From: Lytechinus pictus
Taxonomy: Eukaryota
DNA: 64,000 bases
Direction: 5' to 3'
NCBI RefSeq assembly: GCF_037042905.1
Contig: NC_087245.1
Coordinates: forward strand, 41,976,001-42,040,000
The notes beneath the pieces are model-generated. The model was not told where the DNA came from and made no database searches. It saw only the letters and a program-made list of their open reading frames with translations. The position numbers and the translations under genes are program-made. Of the stretch, positions 48,963 through 62,308 are shown in pieces. Position 1 is the stretch's first letter; the number at the start of each line of letters is the position of its first letter.

Positions 48963-50521
48963 GATTGTTCTTCAGTCAGTTTCATTAAAATATCAATTGT
49001 TGTTTCATTTTTCTAAGACATCAAACGATTCATGGTTTTATTATTATTATTATTTTTTGTTTACATATATTACAAGTTGCAACGAAGTATTTTATATATC
49101 ATTATGTTTGCTTATTAAGTTTGTTTTGAAACGGAAATTCAGATGAACTCATCGTTCTCGTTCAGCTGATATGATCTTTATCAATGAAATGAAATACTTA
49201 AGTTAGTTTACTGGGTAAACCATTTCTTTTGAAGAAAGTGGCCTGAATTTGCATATTGTAAAAGCTCCCTTCTTGATTTGGATTTATGATGCTATACTTT
49301 TATCAAGTTGATGAATACCTGGTAAAAGTTTCAGTCAGGATATTTGACTGCAGACTACGTACAAGTTGTCCTGACCGACTCGAATTGGAAATGGAATAAT
49401 CACAAATCAAATAATTTTTTTTATATTTTTATTATTTTATCGAGAGTCGTGATTTTTATAATTATTTTTTTAGTAGTGCTGCAGAGTTTCTTCCGTTTGA
49501 ACGAGCAATTAGTTTAATCTCGCTGCAATGGTTTATGGGTATAACCCGGTTGCTTCAAAATTAATTTGCTATCCAATGGTTATCCCCACATGTTCCATGA
49601 TCAACCTAGATTTTAACTAACTGTTGAGCAATACTAGCATGGTAGTTACCATTGGATGAATAATTATGTTACCCGAAAAGTAACTTTTATGCAACTAGTG
49701 CCCTTGTATTTTCAAAACTGCTAAATCAATAATTAGTATCGAGCAGCTATGAGAATTCTAAAGTAAAATAGTGTATGAAGAATATTTACAATACTTACCC
49801 TACCACTGCATTACAAAAGATAATAAATCAATTTCCTTGCGAAAATCTAAAGTCTAGTTACCATTCAGATATAGTTATTTATAATTTGTTTTCCAGTTGG
49901 TTCTTTCTTTAAATATCAGAAACATACATCATTGTTAATAATCAATTTGTCAAAATTTCACTTTAATGCTATTGAAAATTCAACTTTTCGTTGAATGATA
50001 TAAGTAGCGATGATTCATAGCAGTAAAATTCAAATTTCGTTCTTGGCTTTTTTTTTGTATATCGAGAAGAACCAAATATAGAATAGCCCGTTTGTCTCTT
50101 TTTGGTAATCATTATCAAAATTTCTTCAGATTAATTATTTTGCGAAAATTCGTTTTGTAACTTGATGTGAATAAGAATAAAAGCGAGAAGTGATACTTTT
50201 TTTTTACACTTTAAATGATGAATCATTTTACAAATTGTTTGTTCTTTCATTTTGCCATTCAGTGTTACTTCTGCATAATTTTTCTGATTCGAAGACATTT
50301 CGAAAACATGATTTACCTAAATACAAAATTTATTAAAGTTATTAAAGAACATCATTCTGTAAATATACAGCAGTTTCTTGAATAAAATGTGAAATTGAAA
50401 TAGGCTTACTTTATAGAGCTTTTAATCCAAAGGCATATTACTTCGAATGTGTTTTTAAAATGTGTTTGGAATTATGTGACCTGGGGAAATGATTTGATAT
50501 CTCTTGAAATGCAGTGAGTGC

Positions 50522-53500
50522 CTACATTACCCTCTCGATCTCGTCGATGACCTCGTCGATGGTGGGTCGACAGAGGTGGGTATTAAGCCGACAGATGTTC
50601 CCGATGGCGGTGAGATCGGCGGTGTTCGTACGATCTCCCATCAGGGTCAACAGACGGCCGAGCTGGAACACGTCGCTCGAGACAGAGATCGGATGGTCAT
50701 CGAGGGCGCATTCTGGGGCAATGTGGGTATAGATCTCCTGTAAATATGAAATTTAAGAAATGTGTGAATTATGTTATTACAAATTTTTTATTAAAACAAT
50801 CTGATTAACGTTTGAATTATTGGCATCCAAATTAGAGCGAAAACATTGAATTAGATAAATGAAAAGATTATCAATAAAGCACGATAAATATTTCGACAAG
50901 TTTTTGATTATACCAACATGTAAAACATACCTTTCTTTGGTATTTCTCTTTATCCTCGGTGGAAAAGCAGAAGGAGAAAGGTTCGGTTCGGGAACAAGCC
51001 AGCCCAAAGTCTACGATAACCGCTTGCCATCGTCCAGATGTAGCCTTTCGAAGCAAGCAGTTGTCTTCCTTGAGGTCGTTCATCAAGAAGCCTTTCTCGT
51101 GAATCACCCCAAGTGACTTGGCAATGTCGAGAGCCAGACTGAACCTAAAAAAGAAGAAGAAAAGACCGGAGGAAGAAAAGACAGGTAATTAAACGTGAAG
51201 TACATGAACATGCCTTATGTTGAAGAGTTAGAATAAATCATCAATTTACCATTCTTGTTGACTCAATACTAGCTCTCTCATGCCACGGCTGAGTGTCCAG
51301 GTCTCTCCCGTAGTCGTGTCCCCGATGAAATCCATCGCAAGGCCAATCGTTCCTGTGCTGATCTCCAAGCATCCAAGGAAAGTCGGGAAGCACTCCTCTC
51401 TACCAAGAACGTCGAGGATGAAAGCTTCGGACTGGATGACCTTGACCTATCGAAATGCGAATCAATGCAAATAAAAACAATTTTTTGTTACTTTTTTTTA
51501 CAATTGCATTATACTGTCTAATGCGAAGCTCTAACCGTTTTAATGTTTTTTTTAATAAGAGAGAACCAACCTTCGTAGTCATCTCCTCGAAATCGTTGGG
51601 GAGCTCGAAGGTCTTCAATGCGATGGGATGGTCGGTCACACGATGACGGAAGAGATGGACTGTTCCGTTTACTCCGCTGCCCAGGAAGACGTCCCCTCCT
51701 CCTGGAAGGAAGGACTTCAGATCGCCCATTGCCTGGACGAAGGATGATGCCGGCACAAGGACAGGGGCAGTTGAACCGCTGGAAGGAGATGTGGTAACAC
51801 CAACAGCTGAGCTCACTGGTATAGGTCTACAAAAATAGTATAATAATGATATTCATAATAGTTTTACTTCTTTAGTTGTATTTTTGATCTGTCGAAGCGG
51901 AGGTGTGGATAAATCACATACATTTTTCTGCAGTCTCAAAGTCCTAAATTATTCACAAAACTATTAGGGCACTGGTTTTTTTTTCTCTTCATTTTTTGAT
52001 AAGTATTTTAGGGCACATGTATTTAACCAGAAATCAAGTATGCAGCATGTACAATGATCGGATAGATATAATTGGTTGTTGAATATTGTCCTGTCACTCG
52101 TAAGGTTTTATGTGGGCTATATAGGTGATGATTGTCTGTAATTAACAAATTATGAACCCAACTATTTCAAATGTTATTTATTTCACAATGAATTAAAAAA
52201 AATGATTATAATCAAGATTTTCAAGTTGCCGCGTCAGAAGTGAAACATGGCTTTTTGCGAGTGTTTTTTTTTTTTTTCTATTTGTTTGTTTTTCACCGTT
52301 TTAATGATTTTTTTATTGCAGATCTATTATTCACTCCATTATACATGATTTATTTTGTTGTCTAGTTTGATTTTTACAAAAATTTCGATTTATAGCATAG
52401 TTAACTTAATGCTTACGCAAGGGGTAGTGGCATGGTGTCAATGGGGGCTGTATCTGGTGTAGGTGGGTTGTATGGTGTTGTGTCTGGTGTCGATGGGTTG
52501 TAAGGTGCTGTGTCTGGTGTAGATGGATTGTAAGGTGCTGTGTCTGGTGTCGGTGGGTTGTATGGTGCTGCGTCTGGTGTAGATGGGTTGTATGGCGCTG
52601 TGTATGGTGTAGATGGGTTGTATGGTGCTGTGTCTGGTGTCGGTGGGTTGTATGGTGCTGTGTCTGGTGTAGATGGGTTGTATGGTGCTGTGTCTGGTGT
52701 AGATGGGTTGTATGGTGCTGTGTCTGGTGTAGACGGGTTGAATGGTGCTGTGTCTGGTGTAGAGTTGGGTGCTACTCCATGGTCTAATGGTGCTGAAGAC
52801 AGTGGCTGGGAGTTGTCTCCAGAATACCTAGGTGACAACAGATTTTGACATTAATTGTTTAAGTAACCTTTATTAATCGAACAAATTGGTATACGTCTGC
52901 CAGCTATCAAAATAATACAATTATTATTAATGTTTTCTCTGTAATACACTTTTTCTTGCCCTGCATATAATTTATCTGTTTGTAACCAGGGCTTATTTCC
53001 TTTTTTATGTATAAACATATTTTCCTTTGTTTAATTTTGAATAAAATAAAATACATGTATTTTATCCCTTCTTATTTCATTTGCATTTTCCACATCAGTT
53101 TGATGAGAAAATGGTGAAAGATTATTATAATGCCTTACGTCCCTTACAACCGCCAGAAAATATATAAATGAATACATTTTTGGCTATATTTTTTATTTCT
53201 TTCAATTTATTTGACATTATTTACCAAGAGCCTCTGGTAGCTGCTCCATCGGCAGGAGAAGAGCTCTCAACTGGCTCCCAAGTCATATCCTTGGTTTAAA
53301 AAAAATAGAAAAAAATCAATCAAAATTTCATTGGATAGATTCTAACTTTTACATTGTTTGATGAAATAGAAAATTTGGGATATTATTCAGCCCTAAACAT
53401 TATTCTATTTTACAGTATGTTTCGTGTACAACAAAATATGAAAGAAATTCTAAAAGCATGAGTCCACTAAAACTTTGCATCCCTTCTGGTTAAGTCATTG

Positions 53501-54993
53501 GAAAAAATGTAAGAGAGTATTTACTTGAAGATTCTTTAAAGCAGCATCTCTCTGCTTTCTGGCCTCTGCCAGTTCCATCTTCAAGATCTGGACTTCGCTC
53601 TCTGAGTCCAGGAACCGATCTTGGAAAGCCTTGGCCTTCTTTTCTGCCTGTTGCCTCCTTCCCTCTGATTCTGTCACCAAAGAGTTGATCTTAGCGAGGA
53701 GGTCTGCGCTGTCTCCATCAGGCCCAACACCAAGCTGGGAAGCCAGGCTCTGTGATTTGAATAAATAAATAAATTTAAAGTTAGTTTTCACTTGGCAAGA
53801 ATAAAACAAGAACTCTATCACTCATAATGTATTTCTTTCACATTTTATTTCATTTCATAGAGGTCTATATCGGAAAAATCAAGCAATGCCGAATTCTCCA
53901 CTTGTATTTGTAAAATATACCAGTAGACCTTATATGTTAAAAATATGTTATTTCATTATGATTATTTCTTTTGAAGGATTTTCCCCTAAAATTGGAAAGT
54001 AAAAGTGAAATCTACATGGTAGATTGTAAATACACGTACAGCAATCTTTTCCTGAAGTTTCTGTTTCTCCAGGGATTGTTGCAAGCACTGCAGAAGCAGT
54101 CTGCCCGACATGTTGCCAGCTGATGTGTTGGGAGAGATGGTGGATGGGGAGAAAGTTGGATCCTGGTGAGACCGACACAGCTCCTGTTTAAAAATTTTAT
54201 TATTTTTTTAAAATACTACATTGATGAGATTTAAAAGCCTAATTGAAAGCATTCATGGGTTTAAGAATTTAATATGTGAATTATCTACATATTACCCTAC
54301 CATTTTATATATAAAATTTTCATATTTTTCAAATTTTATTTAGCGGCCTCTGAAGTGGGTTTTTTTTATTTGTTTCTCTTATCCATTTTTTTAAAACAAA
54401 TTTAAAGATTGTATGCCAGAAGATGCATAAGAAACTGTGTCCTGAATTTGTCTATTTTCCCTCTATGTATTCGTTTGATTATTCATTCATTTATGTAAGT
54501 TTTTATCTATTTATTTATTCATTTGTTAATAAATTATTCATTTATTTTTTAATTATTTGCTTATTTATTTATTTTCATTCATTCATTTACTTTTTTATTG
54601 ATCAATTTATTTATTAATTTACTGTTATTGACTTATCCATTCATTCATTCATTTATTTATTCATTTATCTATCACTTCTCTGTTTGTAAATTTTCTATTA
54701 TTAATTTTGATTTACATTCAATCCAGAATTATGGTGTCGTTGATAAAATTTTATATCATTATTGTTCAATCATAATGTAATGTCATATCATCTCAGCTAA
54801 GACAACATATAGATAAGTCTGGTACTTGTTTCATTCTTATTTCATTTCATTTACATATTTTAATTCCATATAATTTGCTTACATCCATGGAATTAACCAT
54901 CGGTGATCTGATGGCCGGAGAAGCTGACCCAGTACGGGGAACTGGTCTCAGGACCCAGGGGGTAGGGGGACGGACAAGTCGATTGCAATACAT
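50522..54993 (-). CDS. Atypical non-RD Ser/Thr-type protein kinase, 9 coding exons, 612 aa, N-terminal coiled coil and PDTAPYNPST repeats
   Basis: Phase-consistent GT-AG exons with no internal stop: 54993-54883, 54183-54040, 53749-53525, 53289-53225, 52827-52417, 51826-51571, 51446-51250, 51144-50931, 50737-50522 (TAG). Motifs: LGSGVNGTV, IALK, IQSEAFIL, LAMDFIG, FLMNDLKEDNCLL, IVDFGLA, HIAPE, SDVFQLG, RPTIDEV. Confidence 0.88.
52443..52760 (-). repeat. Coding 30-bp minisatellite (10 full units of PDTAPYNPST)
   Basis: The repeat lies in frame inside the 411-nt kinase exon 52827-52417. Confidence 0.9.
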
Positions 54994-55699
54994 CGCCAAA
55001 ATATGTTTCCCGTGATCAAACTAAAAGAAACTTTGTTCTACTATGAGAGAAATCGGAAAGGAAGTAGAATTGAAAAGGAAAAAGAGAAATAGAAATTCAA
55101 ACGTGTGTTTCAGTCACGGTCGTGACCGATAAAATGCATGGCGGGCGTACAGATCTAAGTTAGATGTCCAAAACTTTAGAAAAATAATTCTTTTGGTAGA
55201 TTTGTCAAAATAAATCTAGTCTAGATCTACAAAGGTGTGCGAAATTCAATTTGTGAGACAATACTTAACAATATTATGAAAATTATAGCTTTCGTATTCT
55301 TGAATTTAGGATGCCGATATATAGGGTACCGGTAGATCTAGCAAAGATTTGCGATATAGATATAGATCTAGATCTAGTATCGGTCTAACTTTATAAGTTG
55401 GATTCAAAATCAAATGAAACTCAAATTGATATTGATCTATAGTTTAGATCAATCTCAATTTGAATTTGATTTGAATACATATTGCTCTTTATTCTATATT
55501 CTTAGGCCCTACTGTAGTCACTTTACAAACTGATCGATTATGTACCGGTACCGGTATGGTACGGTACGACGGTCATCGAAAACATGAAATTTGACATTTT
55601 ATCATGTCACATTTTTGTTCATTGACATTAAGTTTTGAATATTCATCATTTTTTCTCCAAACTTGCTCGAATTATCAAGAAATATCTAATGATATGATA

Positions 55700-55900
55700 C
55701 TGACCTGACAATCAGCAAAAATGACTTGAAAAGTGCAAGCAAAATTAGTGAAAACTGTCAAAAATTTGGCAGTGGGTTCTCGAGAGAGCAAGTTTGCAAA
55801 GAGAATGGGGTTTGTTTACAAACACTTGTTACCAGGCAGGGCGCGTGAGGGGTGCAGCTGTTACCAGGGCGTGGTCACATTTGCGCTGCGCCGTTATTTA
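55700..55900 (-). promoter_or_regulatory. Probable non-coding first exon/promoter of the kinase gene
   Basis: Minus-strand donor cag|gtcagt at about 55705, a GC-rich patch at 55830-55900, and an acceptor tttag at about 55022 upstream of the ATG. Confidence 0.35.
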
Positions 55901-56571
55901 GCGCTTGCATGCTATTGGGGCATTTTCATAAGCGTTCTTTACGCAGTCGGCTGGCTTTGTACTTTTCAAGATTTATATTATTACGTCATCTTTCAAGGAT
56001 TGTGTAATAATGAATGACATTTAGCATGTGACTTTGATTCAACTCATTCTTCATAAAAGGGGGACTGTCTGGCTGGTCTGGCTACATAAAAATGAAATGG
56101 CACAACCTAAAAGTGTGATGTACATTTGAAAAGGATTTAAAAAAAAATTAAAGATTAAGGAATTTATTATAATTTCAAGTTTCGGATTTGTGACGTCATA
56201 AACGAGCAGCACCCCCATATCTAAAAACATAAAATTTATAAGTTTCAAATTTTGAATGGTTCGTGATGACTTACTTTTGTTTTCTTTTTAAGAACGGGTG
56301 TAAAATTGTTTCTCTAGTGAAATACTGAATGTACAGTAAAAACCATTTTCAATTTTCGTTGATTTTTTTACTATTCGATATGTATGAACGCTGCTCGCAT
56401 ATAACGTCACATATCAAATGATTGAATTTCTAATAACTTTCTATTTTTTTAATGGATTTTTATCAAACCTTCGGCAATATTCTTAATTATTTTTTTTCTG
56501 CTATTAAAAAAAATATCAGGGTGGACTGCCCCTTTTAATTAAATGGTACCCTGATGGGAGAAAGCCCCTTC

Positions 56572-58439
56572 CAGTGGCGTACCTGGCATATTTCGTCAGG
56601 GGGGCGAGCGACAAGAATGAGCAAGGTGGGGGTAGTAGGCATGGACGTATATAGGCACAATTTTTTTTCAAGGGGGGGCTGATAATAATTGCCCAAATAT
56701 CAACTTCACAGTTTTTTATTTTCGAGCGAGCGAACATTTTATTCAATTATTATTTAGCCTTTTTACATGATGTGAAACGTGCAAAAATTATACATTCGGT
56801 CATACAAGTTTGGATGTGTAGGTCTGGCAGTGGCACTGAATGTGGGAAACGTTACCCAGGGGGTGCCCAATAAAACAGTTGGGATCTTGCTACTACTGAT
56901 ATTTGCTATCGGGCGATTGCACTTTATTGTCGAAATTAATTCTTTTTTTGTATATCATTCCAGAAATTAAATGTATTGGATCGTGATCGATATATTTCTA
57001 ATCAAGTGGTGATTGCAATGTTTATATTAACATACTTCTTTTATTCCTCTTTGAAAGTTTACATTATGTTCTCAATTCTGCTGATTTGGAGACGTTATAA
57101 AAAAGGTATTTGACATTTAAATCAGTTAAAAAATAATAATTGCGAGCGCGAAGCGCGAGCTGATTTTTTTATGAAAATTTATACCTAAATCGATACATTT
57201 TGTGCACTTAATTATTAATACGATGAGTATCTTCCTTACTAAATTATGCGAGCGCGAAGCGCGAGCTAAAAATTTTGATATTCCTATCTAGACACTAGAC
57301 ATTCTAAGCAGTTTTACAGGATGAGTATCTAAACAGTCGTGCTGGCGCGAAGCGCGAGCTAAAACTTTTGATATTCCGACTTAAGAACTTGATATTCTAA
57401 GCACTAGTAACAAATTGACTTCTTACTGAATAATTAATTGATGCGAGCGCGAAGAGCGAGCTGAAAATTTGAGATATTCCCCCCTGAAAAGTGGACATTC
57501 TAAGCACTTTTTTTAATGAGCGCGAAGCGCGAACTGAAAATTTTTGATATTTCGTCCTGAAAACTTTACATTCTGAGCACTTCATTTAATTATGAACAGG
57601 ATCGAATTTTATGCGTGTGTGAAGCCCGAGCTGAAATTTTTGATATTCCGACCTAAGAACTTGATATTCTAAGCAATTTTTGTAACCGTGAAAAATTTGG
57701 TTTCTAATGATATATTTTTTACTTTTTATATTCCGACCTGAAAACAGGACATTCTAAACACTTCATTTAACTATGAACAAGATGGATATAACTAAACAGT
57801 TATATGTGAGCACGAAGTGCGAGCTGAAATTTTTGATATTCCGGTCTAAGAACTGGATATTATAAGCACTTTTTGTAACCGTGAACAAATTGGTTTCTAA
57901 CTAATCAATTGACGCGAGCGAAATTTTTTGATATTTTAACCTGTAAACTAGACATATATTTCAGGTATCCAACTAAAAAATTGATGCGAGCGCTTAGCGC
58001 AAGCGAAATTTTTATTGTTTTAATTACATTACCTAAAAGTTGTTCTGTACCTTTTTCCTGTCCCTGGTCAGCCCAGTCCGTACTCACTATCGGTACAGAG
58101 AGCTCTAAAAGTCGCATTGCGTAAAAATCACAATTTACCGATAAAAGTGTACAGTTTAATTGACATTTACCGACAAAGATGGTGGAACTAAAAAACCGAA
58201 TCAGTTGGAACAGCCCCATGTGCCCGACAGTTTATATATTTTTTCCGACAGTCTGCAGTCCAGTTTTTGTTTTCCCCTTTCTCTTAAACTCTTCCTTCTT
58301 TTTCCCCTTCCTCCTTTTTCTCTCTTTCCGTTTTCCTCTTTTTTTTTTTCTTTCTCCTTTTTCGTTTCCTTTTTTTTTGCTTGTGACTCGTCAGGGGGGG
58401 CAGTCTGCCCCCCTGCCCCCCCCCTTAGGTCTGCTAGTG
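56572..58439 (+). mobile_element. Non-autonomous hAT-like element, copy 2 of a direct pair
   Basis: TIR cagtggcgtacct / aggtctgctagtg. Colinear with 40852-42728. Confidence 0.85.
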
Positions 58440-59793
58440 GCCCCCCTTCTGATCTCAGCCGCCGTTCGCGCGATCGCGCCAAATTTTGGCACGCACAAAG
58501 ACCACATAAACTACAAGCTAGTATTTAAAAAAAATTGAAAATAATATTTTTTTTAATTTATTATGGATAAAATATGCGATCATGAAAAACATTATTTGCA
58601 TTTTAACGCCCAATTTTACTTCAAATTCTCTTTATTTTTGTAGATGTCATCTTTGTAATCTAATTCAAAGGTTTCCACAAGAAAAACTTCGAAAGCCAAT
58701 TTTTACCTTATGTATTTCTTTGTTTTTAGAATTTCTTTGTTTTTTAATCTTTTGTTTTTTCATTGTTTTTTCAATGGAAATTATTACAGACCATTCAAAA
58801 ACTAAATTAAACACCAAATTAATTAAGCAGACCAATTAGAACAAAATATCATATTTTTTTATGAATTTCATCTCCCATAGACTTTGTACACAAAGTATAA
58901 AATCGAGCCATTTTCGGCGTGACAGTGTCTCGTAAAAAGTGAGGTGACGTCGCGATGCTATACCCGTATGTCGAGAATTTGGTCTCAAAATTTGCGCGAG
59001 ACTTCAAACAAAAAAGAAGTCATGAAATTTTGCGGCGCTATATCTTTTTGTGTTTCAGAAATATCGCATGAAGCGTCGAGGAGGGGGGTCAATGCATCTT
59101 TGGATTGTAGTTACCGTATGAAGCATTAAAGAAAATCATTTGTGCTGTATTTGTTATTCTCCAGTGGATATTCACTTCAATTCAATCATTTATTTTGCCC
59201 CCACCCCCAAACTATATTTTAGAGAACAAAAAAGGACACAATAAAAAAAGATTGTCAATAATTGTAAGAAGTATTTCCTTGTAAAGTAAAGAGTCATAGA
59301 AAATGTGAAAACATGATTTCAATCTAAAAACACAACTTTACCCGCCTTTTTTCTGACATGTTCTTTCTTTTTCCGGATATTTAGTTCTTTTCATATTTTT
59401 TTACTTTTGTGCATTCTCCATCTTTCTATCTTTATCTCCTTCATTCTTCAAGTTTGATGTAGTATTGAAAAAAAGGATGATAGGGTAACGATATATATAT
59501 ATATATAAATTCATCCCTGAAGAAGGTCTATGACCGAAAATTTGGAAGATTATGTCTCCTGACGGCGTTTCTATTAAGTCTTTTTTTGTTTCTTCATTAT
59601 GACGCCGACGCAGAACTCTTTGATTTATATATAAATATATATATATATACACAGTGTAAATAAAAAAAACCTTATAAATCTTCAATTCAAGAAAAAGATA
59701 TATGTAATGAACGCATAATCGTTATATATATATGGCGAGAAAGGGTATCTTCTCCCAAATAATTTGATGCCATATAACGCGGGTGATCAGGAG

Positions 59794-60132
59794 AAGTAGC
59801 GTACCTAGGATTTTCCACAGGGGGGGGGGGGGCAAAACCGTCCGGCAAAAAATTTGACCAGCAAAAAAAAAAAAGGTCTTCAATCACCAATAAAGGATTT
59901 CAAAGGATTTCGTACCAGAAAAAAAATTGACAAGCAAGCAAAAAAAAAAAAAAAAAAAAAAGTTTTCAAGCTCGTCGGGGGGGGGGGGGGGGAAAGGTCT
60001 TCAAGCTCGTCAGGGGGGCAAAAAAGGTCTTGAAGCTCGTCAGGGGGGCAGGGATACGTCCTTTGCATGGGTTGTGACTCGTCAGGGGAGCAGAATGCCC
60101 CCCTGCCCCCCCCCCCCGTTGGTACGCTAGTG
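59794..60132. mobile_element. Short hAT-like MITE with perfect 8-bp TSD
   Basis: atcaggag|aagtagcgtacc ... ggtacgctagtg|atcaggag. Same terminal family as the 40852/56572 pair. Confidence 0.85.
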
Positions 60133-62034
60133 ATCAGGAGGTATTCTTTGCAGTGATGTAAACTTTGATTTGTGCCAAACTAAGGCATGACTGCAATCAT
60201 GACAATGAATGAACCGCAGATGCCAGTGATGTCATAATCCTACATGAGTTAGTAAACATATTTGCAAATCCCTTTTCAAATGAAGCATTGATACTAAAAA
60301 TGTATAATATTTTACAAATATAACGTAAATTACTGGAAAAATGTTTTGAAATGGATTTCAGTAACGCAACTTTATGTATTCGTGACATATTTTCCCTTAG
60401 ATTGGGGATTTATGAGGGGTCAAATGTTTTTTTTTTTTACTCACAAGGTGAATATTTTTTTATATTCAATTTTTATTTATGGCCCGAGCATTTTTCTTTG
60501 AACATGTTGAAGTGAGCGCCATAAAAACAGAACATTATAGGCCGACACCAAAACATTGTGATCCAGATATATCATAGCTGACATATAACCGTAGTTATCG
60601 GTTAAAGGTTGCTACAGAGTGCAAACAATATTTGAGTGCATTTGAAGGTCTTCGGAATCACACTATCGTCAAGCACATATCCGGCTATCCGTTAACATAA
60701 CATACTGAATATATAGATGCTTCGGACTGTATATTACCTGGAGGGATAAAGCCTGTATACTTGTAAAAACAAATAATCATCATCTGTAAACTGGTGCATT
60801 TTTTTCATTCACCAAGTCGCGTTCAACTGGAAATACAACTTATATTTTCTGTCCTATCAAGTGGTTTTCCTCTAGTGAATGACGAGCCCTGAAATTAATT
60901 AGGACTTTGCGTGATTAACAACTCTACCTTTGGGTATCATTTTTTAAGCTTCATTGCAGAAAGGTAATTTTTTCTTTGACTGGAAATCTGCCAGTGTAAG
61001 TGCTGGGGGTTTCCTAAGGTATGATGATATATGTCGCTTCCATCAAATTATAATGGGCCGATATGTCTTGTATACTCTTGGATTCTACTATCATCGGTGT
61101 GATTCTCGAGCATTATGATTGCAAATGCAATTAGTCAATAATAATCAGTGATCCTATGCATTTTGCCTGTTCGTTCTACAAGGTTTCCGTTGCATAGATG
61201 GTCCAGATCGAGCTTTATAGAGAATGGTCGCAAGATTGATGTCATTTATTTAGATTTTATGAATATCTTCGGTACTTGACAATACCGTCGATTTTCCTTG
61301 CTATACATGAACATATTATACAGATATAGTTGATTGGATCAAGTTTCAACGGGCAACAAATTTATTCAACCACCTGTTCATTTCTAAAGGAGCACAAAAG
61401 AAAGTACAGCTGTAATTAAGTACCTTTTTGATGTCCGCCGTTCGAAACCGCTAGTTTCATGGGGGAAATCCGAGGAGTTGATCCTTGCAAATATTAATTT
61501 GCATCAATATTCCATCTTTTATATCAATTAAAAAAAACTGGAATTCATATGAAAAGACATCAATAAATAAGCAATATTGCGCCGAGATTTGGCCAGATTG
61601 TATCAAGAAATCTTTAATTAATAAAAAAAAGTAAGAATTTAACCTTTACTGAAAACAGACTTAGACACTTTTCCGATCGTTTGCGGCTAATGAAAATTTG
61701 AAATGCAGTAGTTAGAATATTGTTGTTCATTATTGTATGTCAGATAAGTGCCCGCACATGCCCAGTCTAGTAAATTTTAGTCACATTTCAGGACATATTG
61801 CATAATTTCTTTTCGCATGCCTTTGAATTATGCACTGCACAAATCGTCAGACCAAGATGCAGCGAAAAAGCAATCATCATCACAATAGCACATTCCTTTT
61901 GCATATGATAGGTACAGAATCATGCTGGAATCTTTTGTCTACACTTTCGAATGGATGTTGAGCAAAGTGCATTCCTGACATAGTTTCTGCTAGCGGCTTT
62001 GAACCCTGTTCAAAGGGATTTTGTATGTCTTACT

Positions 62035-62308
62035 CACTGGCGGATCCAGGGGGGGGGGGGCAGAGCCGACCCGTGCCCCTCCCCCTTTGAGAGGCAAAGT
62101 TAAAATTTGTAATGTAAAAATGCCGTTAAAACAGAAGTTTGCCCCCCCCCCCCCCCTTGAAAGTGAAGACCTTTTTTTTTTGCTTTTTCGTGGACGAAAT
62201 GTCATTATTTTTGGTTGAAAACCTGTTTTGATTTGTTCTTGCTTGTCAAATTTTCCTCTGGGAAAATGTGCCCCCCCCCCCTTTGAAAAAAACCTGGATC
62301 CGCCCCTG
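62035..62308. mobile_element. Short hAT-like MITE
   Basis: cactggcggatccagg / cctggatccgcccctg, with imperfect 8-bp flanks gtcttact / gtccgact. Confidence 0.7.

Noticed and set aside
52540..52848. Plus-strand Gly-rich repeat ORF
   Set aside because: It is the antisense shadow of the kinase repeat exon.
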